Shown here piece by piece: positions 1 through 8,120 of a stretch of DNA of 23,134 nt. Under the pieces are notes generated by a model. It ran no database searches, was not told the DNA's origin, and worked only from the letters and a program-made list of their open reading frames with translations. A program made the translations under genes and the position numbers. This DNA comes from a virus (Duplodnaviria; Heunggongvirae; Uroviricota; Caudoviricetes): IMG/VR virus record IMGVR_UViG_2651869694_000013; one strand, written 5' to 3'. Each line of letters starts with the position of its first letter. Positions within the stretch are counted from its first letter, which is position 1.

Positions 1-1074
1 TCATTTGTCGATTTCAATTTTGTCCCATTCCCGTCCACGGCTGTCTCTATACCGCGCCGCCATTGAATCTGATTTATGCCCGAGAAGACGTTGAGCAAAT
101 TTATCGCCAATCTGGTTCCGGTATAGCCTCGCTGACAGGCTACGCAGTTCATGGAATGTTGGCGGGTTTCCATCAAATGAGAGTCCAGATGCATTTCTCG
201 CCTTTGTAAAATACTTTGATACTGTTTTCGGGGAAAGAGGATCGTAATGCTTTGATGCGATTATAGTTTCACTGCTGCTGGCCTCCCTGCATTTCTGTAG
301 TGTATCAGCCAATGAGATATTGAGCGCGTCAATCGTTAGCGTTAGCGGAATGGCGAGTTTAGCCCCTGTTTTACTCTGTTCAATGTGAAGATGGTTGTCG
401 TTTATGTCTGACCATTTCATTCTGCACAAATCGCCGACTCTCTGCCCTGTAACGACGGCCAAATCCATCGCCAGCCTTAGCCAGATAGGGAGAGGTTCGG
501 CTGCATGGTAAATCTCGACATACTCATTAGCTGTCAGCCTTGAGCGCCTTACTTCTGACTTTGCTGTACGGGTTGCTGTTACCGGATTCGTTGCCACATG
601 CCCCTCGGCTATTGCTTCACGAAAAACGTCAACAAGGGTTGACCTGATTAATTTTGCGGAAGCTGCTTTACCTTCTGCTACGTAGGTGTTTAGCATTGCT
701 GCCACTTCTTTCGTTGATATGTCAGTGAGCGGTTTGTCCGGCAATTTTCTTCGGATTGCCCTGATTTTGCTGGCGTAGTCGAGTAGAGTTTTCGGCCTGA
801 TCCCCCTTTCGGTGAGGATTGTTTCATATCGGTCAAGCCACACATGAAGAGTGATTGCGTCACCGCCTTTAATTCTGTCTATTAGTGATTTGCGTCCGCT
901 GTCTGAGAGTAACTCAATATTGGCCTGTATTGCTTCAGTGATTGCTATCCTCCTGTCTCGGCCTAAACCAAACTCTTTACCCGTCCTTGGGTCCCTGTAG
1001 CAGTAATATCCATTGTTTCTTATATAAAGGTTAGGGGGTAAATCCCGGCGCTCATGACTTCGCCTTCTTCCCAT
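1..1074 (-). CDS. int: Tyrosine site-specific integrase, lambda Int type
   Basis: 357-aa ORF; translation matches recalled lambda Int essentially end to end (MGRRRSHERRDLPPNLYIRNNGYYCYRDPRTGKEFGLGRDRR...EWDKIEI). Stop codon sits at window positions 1-3, so attL/attP lies beyond the left edge. Confidence 0.95.
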   Translation of the reverse strand: MGRRRSHERRDLPPNLYIRNNGYYCYRDPRTGKEFGLGRDRRIAITEAIQANIELLSDSGRKSLIDRIKGGDAITLHVWLDRYETILTERGIRPKTLLDYASKIRAIRRKLPDKPLTDISTKEVAAMLNTYVAEGKAASAKLIRSTLVDVFREAIAEGHVATNPVTATRTAKSEVRRSRLTANEYVEIYHAAEPLPIWLRLAMDLAVVTGQRVGDLCRMKWSDINDNHLHIEQSKTGAKLAIPLTLTIDALNISLADTLQKCREASSSETIIASKHYDPLSPKTVSKYFTKARNASGLSFDGNPPTFHELRSLSARLYRNQIGDKFAQRLLGHKSDSMAARYRDSRGREWDKIEIDK

Positions 1075-1270
1075 TTCTGATCCTCTTCAAAAGGCTACCT
1101 GTTACTGGTCGATTTAAGTCAACCTTTACCGCTGATTCGTGGAACAGATACTCTCTTCCATCCTTAACCGGAGGAGGGAATATCCTGCATTCGCGCACCC
1201 ATCGACGAACTGTTTCAAGGCTTCTTGGGCGTCGCTGGCGAGCGTTCCACTCCTGAAGTGTCAAGTACAT
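1052..1270 (-). CDS. xis: Excisionase Xis
   Basis: 72-aa product MYLTLQEWNARQRRPRSLETVRRWVRECRIFPPPVKDGREYLFHESAVKVDLNRPV... matches recalled lambda Xis; 3' end overlaps the int start as in lambda. The tracked ORF extends upstream to 1360; the internal Met at 1270 is taken as the start. Confidence 0.9.
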   Translation of the reverse strand: MYLTLQEWNARQRRPRSLETVRRWVRECRIFPPPVKDGREYLFHESAVKVDLNRPVTGSLLKRIRNGKKAKS

Positions 1271-1293
1271 CGCAAAGTCTCCGCAATTACACG

Positions 1294-1320
1294 CAAGAAA
1301 AAGCCGCATTGATGCGGCGA
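1294..1320 (-). terminator. Putative rho-independent terminator (minus strand)
   Basis: Hairpin GCCGCA-TTGA-TGCGGC (1303-1318) followed on the minus strand by a T-run (plus-strand A-run 1296-1302). Confidence 0.4.
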
Positions 1321-1387
1321 TGGTAGGTCTGGATATCATTGAGCAATGAACAGGCCTCACCGAGTGTGAGGCGGTGTTATTTCATGG

Positions 1388-1732
1388 TTAGTCCTTGCGT
1401 AGCTCGCTGATTCTTCTGTAAGTCTCTGGTGCTTTGTTTCCGTGTATCTTCATTTCAGACTTCAACAGAGCAACGAGGGAATCCCATTCGTTGAGGATTC
1501 CTTTGAATGCCGGAACGCGCTTTGCAACCTTGTTGAATGAATCTCTGATTTCTGGAATCTGCTCAACAAGTGCAACGCATCGTCTGAAATCGGCTGCGTC
1601 ATGGGGAGCGCCGAAGTGATGACCATAGATATTCTTTTTCAGTCCACATGCGATTGAGGCAAGAGTTGCGCTACTGATGCCAACATCGCCAGTCGATTGC
1701 CATTTCAAAACCTTCATAGCCAAATCTGACAT
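1388..1732 (-). CDS. Hypothetical protein (114 aa), exo-xis region
   Basis: Intact ORF with a GGAGA Shine-Dalgarno about 5 nt upstream of the ATG; flanked by minus-strand terminator-like hairpins. No family recognised. Confidence 0.6.
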   Translation of the reverse strand: MSDLAMKVLKWQSTGDVGISSATLASIACGLKKNIYGHHFGAPHDAADFRRCVALVEQIPEIRDSFNKVAKRVPAFKGILNEWDSLVALLKSEMKIHGNKAPETYRRISELRKD

Positions 1733-1744
1733 TTCTTGTCTCCA

Positions 1745-1770
1745 ATAAAAAAAACCGCCATCAGGCGGCT
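1745..1770 (-). terminator. Rho-independent terminator (minus strand) overlapping the stop of the upstream small gene
   Basis: CCGCC-TGAT-GGCGG hairpin followed on the minus strand by eight T (plus-strand A-run 1746-1754). Confidence 0.55.
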
Positions 1771-1928
1771 TGGTGTTCTTTCAGTTCTTCAATTCGAATA
1801 TTGGTTACGTCTGCATGTGCTATCTGCGCCCACAGCATCCAGTGGTCATAGCAGTCGCTGATGTTCTCGGCTTCGATAACTCTGTTGAATGGTTCTCCAT
1901 TCCATTCACCTGTGACTCGGAAGTGCAT
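1761..1928 (-). CDS. Small phage protein (55 aa), resembles lambda orf55
   Basis: Hand translation of the minus strand gives MHFRVTGEWNGEPFNRVIEAENISDCYDHWMLWAQIAHADVTNIRIEELKEHQAA; GGAG Shine-Dalgarno 5 nt upstream. Below the ORF-track length cutoff. Confidence 0.55.
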   Translation of the reverse strand: MHFRVTGEWNGEPFNRVIEAENISDCYDHWMLWAQIAHADVTNIRIEELKEHQAA

Positions 1929-2170
1929 TTATCATCTCCATAAAACAAAACCCGCCGTAGCGAGTTCAGATAAAAGAAATCCTCGTCAGTGCGAGGATGC
2001 TGTTCATTGCTGCTATACACTTTTTTGCTCTCAACGTAAGCGGTAGCCCATTCTGTTGGGTTGGTGCAGTTGCTTTTAGGAAATGCTATTTACCCCTTAA
2101 ATTTCGGCTGAAAGAGCTAAAATCCATGCAAAAAATTTACGCAATTTTGTGTATTATTGTGCAGTAAGTA

Positions 2171-2773
2171 ATGAGCTATTTTCTGCGCAAAAAATGGATG
2201 GTAAATTTGTCCGGGTCAGGAAAAATTTTATGGGCGCTAAACATGAAAAAAGATTCGTATCCTTATTTGATTTGCATGACAGTTTCAGGGCTGATCTTTA
2301 TTTTCCTTTTCTTCTGGTGGCGGGCAGATATCTACAGGGTCACGTTTCTTAATCAGAGTATATCCCACTATTACATTCTGTTTAGCATGGGAATAGCTTT
2401 TCTGTTATCTCTGTTTTGGGTTAAGAAGGGGATAGTAAAACAAAGCGGCTGGAAGAGTCTGTCAGCATACCTTAAGGTTTATGCAGGGATGTGCATATTT
2501 GCTGGATTTTTTCTGATTATACCCCTTACAACACTAACTTATTTTTTGCCTGGAGAGATATCGTCTTATGTTGCACCGTATCGGTATACTTCCGGTAGTT
2601 CAAAAAGTTGTTCTGGAGCTGAGGTGGATGACCCCGATCTACATGAGAATATTCGCATTTGCTATCCGTATGGCAATTATGAGTACGATAATATTATCTA
2701 TGTTGAAAAGAAAATTAATACATTAGGTGCGGTAGTAACATATGCACAGACCGCGCGTGATGATACTGAATGA
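2171..2773 (+). CDS. Predicted integral membrane protein (about 3 TM helices plus a ~60-aa soluble C-terminal domain); convergent moron
   Basis: 200-aa ORF on the strand opposite to the early-left operon; visibly AT-rich; hydrophobic segments LICMTVSGLIFIFLFFWW, ILFSMGIAFLLSLFWV, MCIFAGFFLIIPLTTLTYFL. No strong Shine-Dalgarno at 2171, so the true start may be a downstream in-frame Met (2198 or 2243). Confidence 0.55.
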   Translation: MSYFLRKKWMVNLSGSGKILWALNMKKDSYPYLICMTVSGLIFIFLFFWWRADIYRVTFLNQSISHYYILFSMGIAFLLSLFWVKKGIVKQSGWKSLSAYLKVYAGMCIFAGFFLIIPLTTLTYFLPGEISSYVAPYRYTSGSSKSCSGAEVDDPDLHENIRICYPYGNYEYDNIIYVEKKINTLGAVVTYAQTARDDTE

Positions 2774-2807
2774 GATAGTATATAGCGGGCAAGTTTTAGT
2801 TAATTTA

Positions 2808-2842
2808 TCGAGGTAATATAATTTACCTCGACTCGTTTATTC
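2808..2842 (+). terminator. Putative terminator for the convergent membrane-protein gene
   Basis: Perfect 9-bp inverted repeat TCGAGGTAA / TTACCTCGA (2808-2831) followed by a T-rich tract (CTCGTTTATTCTGG). Confidence 0.45.
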
Positions 2843-2983
2843 TGGTATTAATATTTCGCTTTACGATCGATTTTTATCTGATGATATCATGCGGTTTTCA
2901 TATACTGACTTACTGTCTTTTCTCCGTTAGCGATTTTCTCCTGCTCAGCGATGATTTTATCTTTGGCTTCTAGTTAATTTCGC

Positions 2984-3205
2984 TCACTTCGAACCTCTCT
3001 GTTTACTGATAAGTTCCAGATCCTCCTGGCAACTTGCACAAGTCCGACAACCCTGAACGGCCAAGCGTCTTCGTTCATCTATCGGATCGCCACACTCACA
3101 ACAATGAGTGGCAGATATAGCCTGGTGGTTCAGGCGGCGCATTTTTATTGCTGTGTTGCGCTGTAATTCTTCAATTTCTGATGCTGAATCAATGATGTCT
3201 GCCAT
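2984..3205 (-). CDS. DksA/TraR-family C4-type zinc-finger protein
   Basis: 73-aa product with C-x2-C...C-x2-C spacing (CCECGDPI...CRTCASCQ), typical of phage TraR-like proteins. Confidence 0.75.
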   Translation of the reverse strand: MADIIDSASEIEELQRNTAIKMRRLNHQAISATHCCECGDPIDERRRLAVQGCRTCASCQEDLELISKQRGSK

Positions 3206-3256
3206 CTTTCATTAATCCCTGAATTGTTGGTTAATACGCTTGAGGGTGAATGCGAA

Positions 3257-3281
3257 TAATAAAAAAGGAGCCTGTAGCTCC
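3257..3281 (-). terminator. Putative rho-independent terminator (minus strand)
   Basis: GGAGC-CTGTA-GCTCC hairpin (3267-3281) followed on the minus strand by a T-run (plus-strand AATAAAAAA 3258-3266). Confidence 0.45.
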
Positions 3282-3303
3282 ATGATGATTTTGCTTTTCA
3301 TGT

Positions 3304-3519
3304 TCACCGTTCCTTAAAAACGCCGTTTAACATGCCGATTGCCAGACTTAAGTGAGTTGGTGTGAATCCCATCAGCGTTACCGTTTCGCGGTGCTTCTTC
3401 AGTACGCTACGGCAAATGTCATCGACGTTTTTATCCGGAAACTGCTGTCTGGCTTTTTTGATTTCAGAATTAGCCTGACGGGCAATACTGCGAAGGGCGT
3501 TATTATGTTCTATTGTCAT
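3304..3519 (-). CDS. Hypothetical small protein (71 aa), coupled downstream of the DpdA-like gene
   Basis: Start taken at the internal Met (MTIEHNNALRSIARQ...) with a GAGG Shine-Dalgarno 6 nt upstream; the longer tracked ORF would overlap the upstream gene. Begins 7 nt after the stop of the 250-aa gene. Confidence 0.5.
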   Translation of the reverse strand: MTIEHNNALRSIARQANSEIKKARQQFPDKNVDDICRSVLKKHRETVTLMGFTPTHLSLAIGMLNGVFKER

Positions 3520-3526
3520 ATTGGCC

Positions 3527-4279
3527 TCACACTTCGAATGCCAGTTGAGGGGTAAAGACGTCCCGTTCAGCGTTGTAATTAAGTGAACTGGCACTGTTGA
3601 ATGATTCAATGCGTTCCACAAGAACTTGCGTACGGGTTTCTTTACTTGCGGGAGCATATGGCGAACCTACCCAGGATTTGTCGATGCCTATATTTCTTGC
3701 GACGTTCGTGCTGTCTGCAGACGAAAGCGGTACATGAGTAAAAATGTCTTTATTTAACATCCGTAACCCATGAATCTTGGTGATTGGGTAGCCGTACTGA
3801 TCTACAACATGACGTATAAGATCGCGTAGTTTAGCCCGACACGCTCTCGGTCGTTTTGCATCGTATTCCCCCATCGAGCCGATGCAGACGCGGGGAAACT
3901 CATGGCACAGACGAATAAATCGCTCATCTGGTTCGTTCATGTGCCACACCGGAGCACCAATAAATTTACCGTGAGGCCATGCCGCAATCAGGGCGTCATT
4001 CTCTTCACTGGTTCCGCCGATAACATCCGGGATAACCGCGAATGAGAAACGAGGGTGATTGCCCCAGCGTTCAACAAATCTGTAATATTCATTCCAGTCT
4101 ACGGCCTTGTTTTTTGTCCAGAATGTGAATGCACCATTATCAAGAGCAAATGATTGGGTGACTTCGGAAGCCAGATCAATCTGAGCTGGATTAGCAAAAC
4201 TGATGAATGCGTGTCTGCCTTTCCAGGCTTTCAACGCACAGGTATCGGGAGTTATTGGACCACCGTGAAAATGAATCAT
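3527..4279 (-). CDS. Putative Tgt-fold DNA-guanine transglycosylase (DpdA-like); product assignment tentative
   Basis: 250-aa ORF with a GGGAGAG Shine-Dalgarno. By eye it carries motifs resembling tRNA-guanine transglycosylase catalytic regions: SFALDNGAFTF (cf. Tgt LTDSGGFQVF), AVIPDVIGG (cf. FDEC region), HGLRMLNKD...SSADSTNVARNIG (cf. YLMGVGKPED...FDCVMPTRNARNG). No C-terminal zinc subdomain. Recalled from memory, not alignment-verified. Confidence 0.5.
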   Translation of the reverse strand: MIHFHGGPITPDTCALKAWKGRHAFISFANPAQIDLASEVTQSFALDNGAFTFWTKNKAVDWNEYYRFVERWGNHPRFSFAVIPDVIGGTSEENDALIAAWPHGKFIGAPVWHMNEPDERFIRLCHEFPRVCIGSMGEYDAKRPRACRAKLRDLIRHVVDQYGYPITKIHGLRMLNKDIFTHVPLSSADSTNVARNIGIDKSWVGSPYAPASKETRTQVLVERIESFNSASSLNYNAERDVFTPQLAFEV

Positions 4280-4440
4280 ACACTCTCCCGTTTATTATTT
4301 ATCTCCTCAGCCAGCCGCTGGGCTTTCAGCGGATTTCGGATAACAGAAAGGCCGGGAAATACCCAGCCTCGCTTTGTAACGGAGTAGACGAAAGTGATCG
4401 CGCCTACCCGGATATTATCGTGAGGATGCGTCATCGCCAT
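4276..4440 (-). CDS. Hypothetical small protein (54 aa), coupled between exo and the DpdA-like gene
   Basis: Hand translation [54 protein letters not shown]; GGGGAG Shine-Dalgarno 4 nt upstream; its TGA overlaps the ATG of the next gene (ATGA) and its start overlaps the exo 3' end by 10 nt. Confidence 0.5.
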   Translation of the reverse strand: MAMTHPHDNIRVGAITFVYSVTKRGWVFPGLSVIRNPLKAQRLAEEINNKRESV

Positions 4441-5111
4441 TGCTCCCCAAATACAAAACCAATTTCAGCCAGTGCCTCGTCCATTTTTTCGATGAACTCC
4501 GGCACCATCTCGTCAAAACTCGCCATGTACTTTTCATTCCGCTCAATCACGACATAATGCAGGCCTTCACGCTTCATGCGCGGGTCATAGTTGGCAAAGT
4601 ACCAGGCATCTTTTCGCGTCACCCACATGCTGTACTGCACCTGGGCCATGTAAGCCGACTTTATGGCCTCGAAACCACCGAGCCGGAACTTCATGAAATC
4701 CCGGGAGGTAAACGGGCATTTCAGTTCAAGGCCGTTGCCGTCACTGCATAAACCATCGGGAGAGCAGGCGGTGCGCATACTTTCGTCGCGATAGATGATC
4801 GGAGATTCAATAACATTTACGCCGGAAGTGAACTCAAACAGGGTTCTGGCGTCGTTCTCGTACTGTTTTCCCCAGGCCAGCGCTTTAGCGTTAACTTCCG
4901 GAGCCACACCGGTGCAAACCTCAGCTAGCAGGGTGTGGAAGTAGGACATTTTCATGTCAGGCCACTTCTTTCCTGATCGGGGCTTTGCTATCACGTTGTG
5001 AACTTCTGAAGCGGTGATGACGCCGAGCCGTAATTTGTGCCATGCATCATCCCCCTGTTCGACAGCTCTCACGTCGATCCCGGTACGCTGCAGGATAATG
5101 TCCGGTGTCAT
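4431..5111 (-). CDS. exo: Lambda exonuclease (Red-alpha, 5'-3' dsDNA exonuclease)
   Basis: 226-aa product matches recalled lambda Exo ([65 protein letters not shown]...). Confidence 0.95.
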   Translation of the reverse strand: MTPDIILQRTGIDVRAVEQGDDAWHKLRLGVITASEVHNVIAKPRSGKKWPDMKMSYFHTLLAEVCTGVAPEVNAKALAWGKQYENDARTLFEFTSGVNVIESPIIYRDESMRTACSPDGLCSDGNGLELKCPFTSRDFMKFRLGGFEAIKSAYMAQVQYSMWVTRKDAWYFANYDPRMKREGLHYVVIERNEKYMASFDEMVPEFIEKMDEALAEIGFVFGEQWR

Positions 5112-5893
5112 GCTGCCACCTTCTGCTCAGTGGCTTTCTGTTTCAGGAATCCAAGAGCTTTCACTGCTTCGGCCTGTGTCAGTTCTGACGATGCGCGAAT
5201 GTCGCGGCGAAATATCTGGGAACAGAGCGGCAATAAGTCGTCATCCCATGTTTTGTCCAGGGCAATCAGCAGAGTGTTAATCTCCTGCATGGTTTCATCG
5301 TTAACCGGAGTGATGTCGCGTTCCGGCTGACGTTCTGCAGTGTATGCGGTATTTTCGACAATGCGCTCGGCTTCATCCTTGTCATAGATACCCGCAAATC
5401 CGAAGGCGAGACGGGCACACTGAATCATGGCTTTATGCCGTAACATCCGTTTAGGATGCGACTGCCACGGCCCCGTGATTTCTCTGCCTTCACGGGTTTT
5501 GAATGGTTCGCGGCGGCATTCATCCATCCACTCGGTAACGCAGATCGGATGATTACGGTCCTTGCGGTAAATCCGGCATGTGCAGGATTCATTGTCCTGC
5601 TCAAAGTCCATGCCATCAAACTGCTGGTTTTCATTGATGATGCGGGACCAGCCATCAACGCCCACCACCGGAACGATGCCGTTCTGCTTGTCAGGGAAGG
5701 CGTAAATTTCTTTCGTCCACGGATTAAGGCCGTACTGGTTGGCGACGATCAACAATGCGATGAACTGCGCATCGCTGGCATCACCTTTAAATGCCGTCTG
5801 GCGAAGAGTGGTGATCAGTTCCTGTGGGTCGACAGAATCCATGCCGACACGTTCAGCCAGCTTCCCAGCCAGCGTTGCGAGTGCTGTACTCAT
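5108..5893 (-). CDS. bet: Recombination protein Bet (Red-beta, ssDNA annealing protein)
   Basis: 261-aa product matches recalled lambda Bet ([68 protein letters not shown]...); overlaps the exo start by 4 nt. Confidence 0.95.
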   Translation of the reverse strand: MSTALATLAGKLAERVGMDSVDPQELITTLRQTAFKGDASDAQFIALLIVANQYGLNPWTKEIYAFPDKQNGIVPVVGVDGWSRIINENQQFDGMDFEQDNESCTCRIYRKDRNHPICVTEWMDECRREPFKTREGREITGPWQSHPKRMLRHKAMIQCARLAFGFAGIYDKDEAERIVENTAYTAERQPERDITPVNDETMQEINTLLIALDKTWDDDLLPLCSQIFRRDIRASSELTQAEAVKALGFLKQKATEQKVAA

Positions 5894-5898
5894 CCGTT

Positions 5899-6195
5899 TT
5901 ATACCTCTGAATCAATATCAACCTGATGGTGAGCAATGGTTTCAACCATGTACCGGATGTGTTCTGCCATGCGCTCCTGAAACTCAACATCGTCATCAAA
6001 TGCACGGGTAATGGCTTTTTTGCTGGCCCCGTGGCGTTGCAAATGATCGATGCATAGCGATTCAAACAGGTGCTGGGGCAGGCCTTTTTCCATGTCGTCT
6101 GCCAGTTCTGCCTCTTTCTCTTCACGGGCGATCTGCTGGTAGTGACGCGCCCAGCTCTGAGCCTCAAGACGATCCTGAATGTAATAAGCGTTCAT
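5899..6195 (-). CDS. gam: Gam, RecBCD inhibitor (98-aa GamS-length form)
   Basis: [60 protein letters not shown]... matches recalled lambda Gam from its internal start. The upstream ATG at 6316 is 121 nt away and therefore out of frame. Confidence 0.9.
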   Translation of the reverse strand: MNAYYIQDRLEAQSWARHYQQIAREEKEAELADDMEKGLPQHLFESLCIDHLQRHGASKKAITRAFDDDVEFQERMAEHIRYMVETIAHHQVDIDSEV

Positions 6196-6270
6196 GGCTG
6201 AACTCCTGAAAATGGCTGTGAAAATATCGCCCGCGAAATGCCAGGCTGATTAGGAAAACAGGAAAGGGGG

Positions 6271-6414
6271 TTAGTGAATGCTTTTGCTTGATCTCAGTTT
6301 CTGTATTAATATCCATTTTTTATAAGCGTCGACGGCCTCACGAAACATCTTTTCATCGCCAATAAAAGTGGCGATAGTGAATTTAGTCTGGATAGCCATA
6401 ATTGTTTGATCCAT
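6271..6414 (-). CDS. kil: Kil (host division inhibitor, FtsZ-targeting)
   Basis: 47-aa product [47 protein letters not shown] matches recalled lambda Kil; overlaps the 5' region of gam as in lambda. Confidence 0.8.
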   Translation of the reverse strand: MDQTIMAIQTKFTIATFIGDEKMFREAVDAYKKWILIQKLRSSKSIH

Positions 6415-6547
6415 TTTTCGGGACTCCTGGCTGATTAAGTATGTCGATAAGGCGTTTCCATCCGTCACGTAATTTACGGGTGATTCGTTCAAGTAAAGAT
6501 TCGGAAGGGCAGCCAGCAACAGGCCACCCTGCAATGGCATATTGCAT
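6383..6547 (-). CDS. cIII: cIII (FtsH protease inhibitor, stabilises cII)
   Basis: Hand translation [48 protein letters not shown]... matches recalled lambda cIII; GGAG Shine-Dalgarno upstream; overlaps the kil start. Confidence 0.85.
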   Translation of the reverse strand: MQYAIAGWPVAGCPSESLLERITRKLRDGWKRLIDILNQPGVPKNGSNNYGYPD

Positions 6548-6570
6548 GGTGTGCTCCTTATTTATACATA

Positions 6571-6594
6571 ACGAAAAACGCCTCGAGTGAAGCG
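6571..6594 (-). terminator. Putative rho-independent terminator (minus strand) between cIII and ea10
   Basis: Stem-loop CGCTTC-ACTC-GAGGCG followed by TTTTT on the minus strand. Confidence 0.4.
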
Positions 6595-6619
6595 TAATTG
6601 GTATGCGGTAACGCCGCGC

Positions 6620-6988
6620 TCAGGCGGCTTTGATAGTCATATCATCTGGATCAAATATTCCTGATGTATCGATATCGGTAATTCTTATTCCTTCGCTACC
6701 ATCCATTGGAGGCCATCCTTCCTGACCATTTCCATCATTCCAGTCGAACTCACACACAACACCATATGCATTTAATTCGCTTGAAATTGCTATAAGCAGA
6801 GCATGTTGCGCCAGCATGATTAATACAGCATTTAATACAGAGCCGTGTTTATTGAGTCGGTATTCAGAGTCTGACCAGAAATTATTAATCTGGTGAAGTT
6901 TTTCCTCTGTCATTACGTCATGGTCGATTTCAATTTCTATTGATGCTTTCCAGTCGTAATCAATGATGTATTTTTTGATGTTTGACAT
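6620..6988 (-). CDS. ea10: Ea10 (early protein)
   Basis: 122-aa product matches recalled lambda Ea10 (MSNIKKYIIDYDWKASIEIEIDHDVMTEEKLHQINNFWSDSEYRLNKHGSVLNAVLIMLAQH...). Confidence 0.85.
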   Translation of the reverse strand: MSNIKKYIIDYDWKASIEIEIDHDVMTEEKLHQINNFWSDSEYRLNKHGSVLNAVLIMLAQHALLIAISSELNAYGVVCEFDWNDGNGQEGWPPMDGSEGIRITDIDTSGIFDPDDMTIKAA

Positions 6989-7008
6989 CTATTCATATCC
7001 TCATAGAT

Positions 7009-7034
7009 AAAAAATCGCCCTCACACTGGAGGGC
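7009..7034 (-). terminator. Rho-independent terminator (minus strand) between ral and ea10
   Basis: GCCCTC-CAGTGT-GAGGGC hairpin (7017-7034) followed on the minus strand by six T. Confidence 0.55.
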
Positions 7035-7170
7035 AAAGAAGATTTCCAATAATCAGAACAAGTCGGCTCCTGTTTAGTTACGAGCGACATTGCTCCGTGT
7101 ATTCACTCGTTGGAATGAATACACAGTGCAGTGTTTATTCTGTTATTTATGCCAAAAATAAAGGCCACTA

Positions 7171-7371
7171 TCAGGCAGCTTTGTTGTTCTGTTTACCAAG
7201 TTCTCTGGCAATCATTGCCGTCGTTCGTATTGCCCATTTATCGACATATTTCCCATCTTCCATTACAGGAAACATTTCTTCAGGCTTAACCATGCATTCA
7301 GATTGCAGCTTGCATCCATTGCATCGCTTGAATTGTCCACACCATTGATTTTTATCAATAGTCGTAGTCAT
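7171..7371 (-). CDS. ral: Ral, restriction alleviation protein (modulates type I R-M)
   Basis: 66-aa product MTTTIDKNQWCGQFKRCNGCKLQSECMVKPEEMFPVMEDGKYVDKWAIRTTAMIARELGKQNNKAA matches recalled lambda Ral. Confidence 0.9.
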   Translation of the reverse strand: MTTTIDKNQWCGQFKRCNGCKLQSECMVKPEEMFPVMEDGKYVDKWAIRTTAMIARELGKQNNKAA

Positions 7372-7441
7372 ACGGATAGTCCTGGTATTGTTCCATCACA
7401 TCCTGAGGATGCTCTTCGAACTCTTCAAATTCTTCTTCCAT
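7355..7441 (-). CDS. Small acidic protein (28 aa), resembles lambda orf28
   Basis: Hand translation MEEEFEEFEEHPQDVMEQYQDYPYDYDY; overlaps the ral start. Confidence 0.55.
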   Translation of the reverse strand: MEEEFEEFEEHPQDVMEQYQDYPYDYDY

Positions 7442-7565
7442 ATATCACCTTAAATAGTGGATTGCGGTAGTAAAGATTGTGCCTGTCTTTTAACCACATC
7501 AGGCTCGGTGGTTCTCGTGTACCCCTACAGCGAGAAATCGGATAAACTATTACAACCCCTACAGT

Positions 7566-8120
7566 TTGATGAGTATAGAAATGGATCCACTCGTTATTCT
7601 CGGACGAGTGTTCAGTAATGAACCTCTGGAGAGAACCATGTATATGATCGTTATCTGGGTTGGACTTCTGCTTTTAAGCCCAGATAACTGGCCTGAATAT
7701 GTTAATGAGAGAATCGGTATTCCTCATGTGTGGCATGTTTTCGTCTTTGCTCTTGCATTTTCGCTAGCAATTAATGTGCATCGATTATCAGCTATTGCCA
7801 GCGCCAGATATAAGCGATTTAAGCTAAGAAAACGCATTAAGATGCAAAACGATAAAGTGCGATCAGTAATTCAAAACCTTACAGAAGAGCAATCTATGGT
7901 TTTGTGCGCAGCCCTTAATGAAGGCAGGAAGTATGTGGTTACATCAAAACAATTCCCATACATTAGTGAGTTGATTGAGCTTGGTGTGTTGAACAAAACT
8001 TTTTCCCGATGGAATGGGAAGCATATATTATTCCCTATTGAGGATATTTACTGGACTGAATTAGTTGCCAGCTATGATCCATATAATATTGAGATAAAGC
8101 CAAGGCCAATATCTAAGTAA
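7566..8120 (+). CDS. sieB: Superinfection exclusion protein B (SieB)
   Basis: 184-aa membrane protein matching recalled lambda SieB (MMSIEMDPLVILGRVFSNEPLERTMYMIVIWVGLLLLSPDNWPEYVNERIGIPHVWHVFVFALAFSLAI...); convergent with N. Confidence 0.85.
   Translation: MMSIEMDPLVILGRVFSNEPLERTMYMIVIWVGLLLLSPDNWPEYVNERIGIPHVWHVFVFALAFSLAINVHRLSAIASARYKRFKLRKRIKMQNDKVRSVIQNLTEEQSMVLCAALNEGRKYVVTSKQFPYISELIELGVLNKTFSRWNGKHILFPIEDIYWTELVASYDPYNIEIKPRPISK

Noticed and set aside
1052-1360. N-terminally extended Xis (102 aa)
   Set aside because: The lambda-like Xis sequence begins at the internal Met (1270); the extension covers a terminator-like hairpin and has no support.
3216-3301. 28-codon minus-strand ORF between the 71-aa gene and the TraR-like gene
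   Set aside because: It coincides with a hairpin plus T-run terminator and has no Shine-Dalgarno; more likely a terminator than coding.
3304-3657. Long form (117 aa) of the small ORF downstream of the DpdA-like gene
   Set aside because: The N-terminal 46 codons overlap the 3' end of the 250-aa gene in another frame; the internal Met at 3519 with a GAGG Shine-Dalgarno is the more plausible start.
5425-5926. Several 77-156-aa ORFs on both strands overlapping bet
   Set aside because: Embedded in or antisense to a confidently identified gene; no independent signals.
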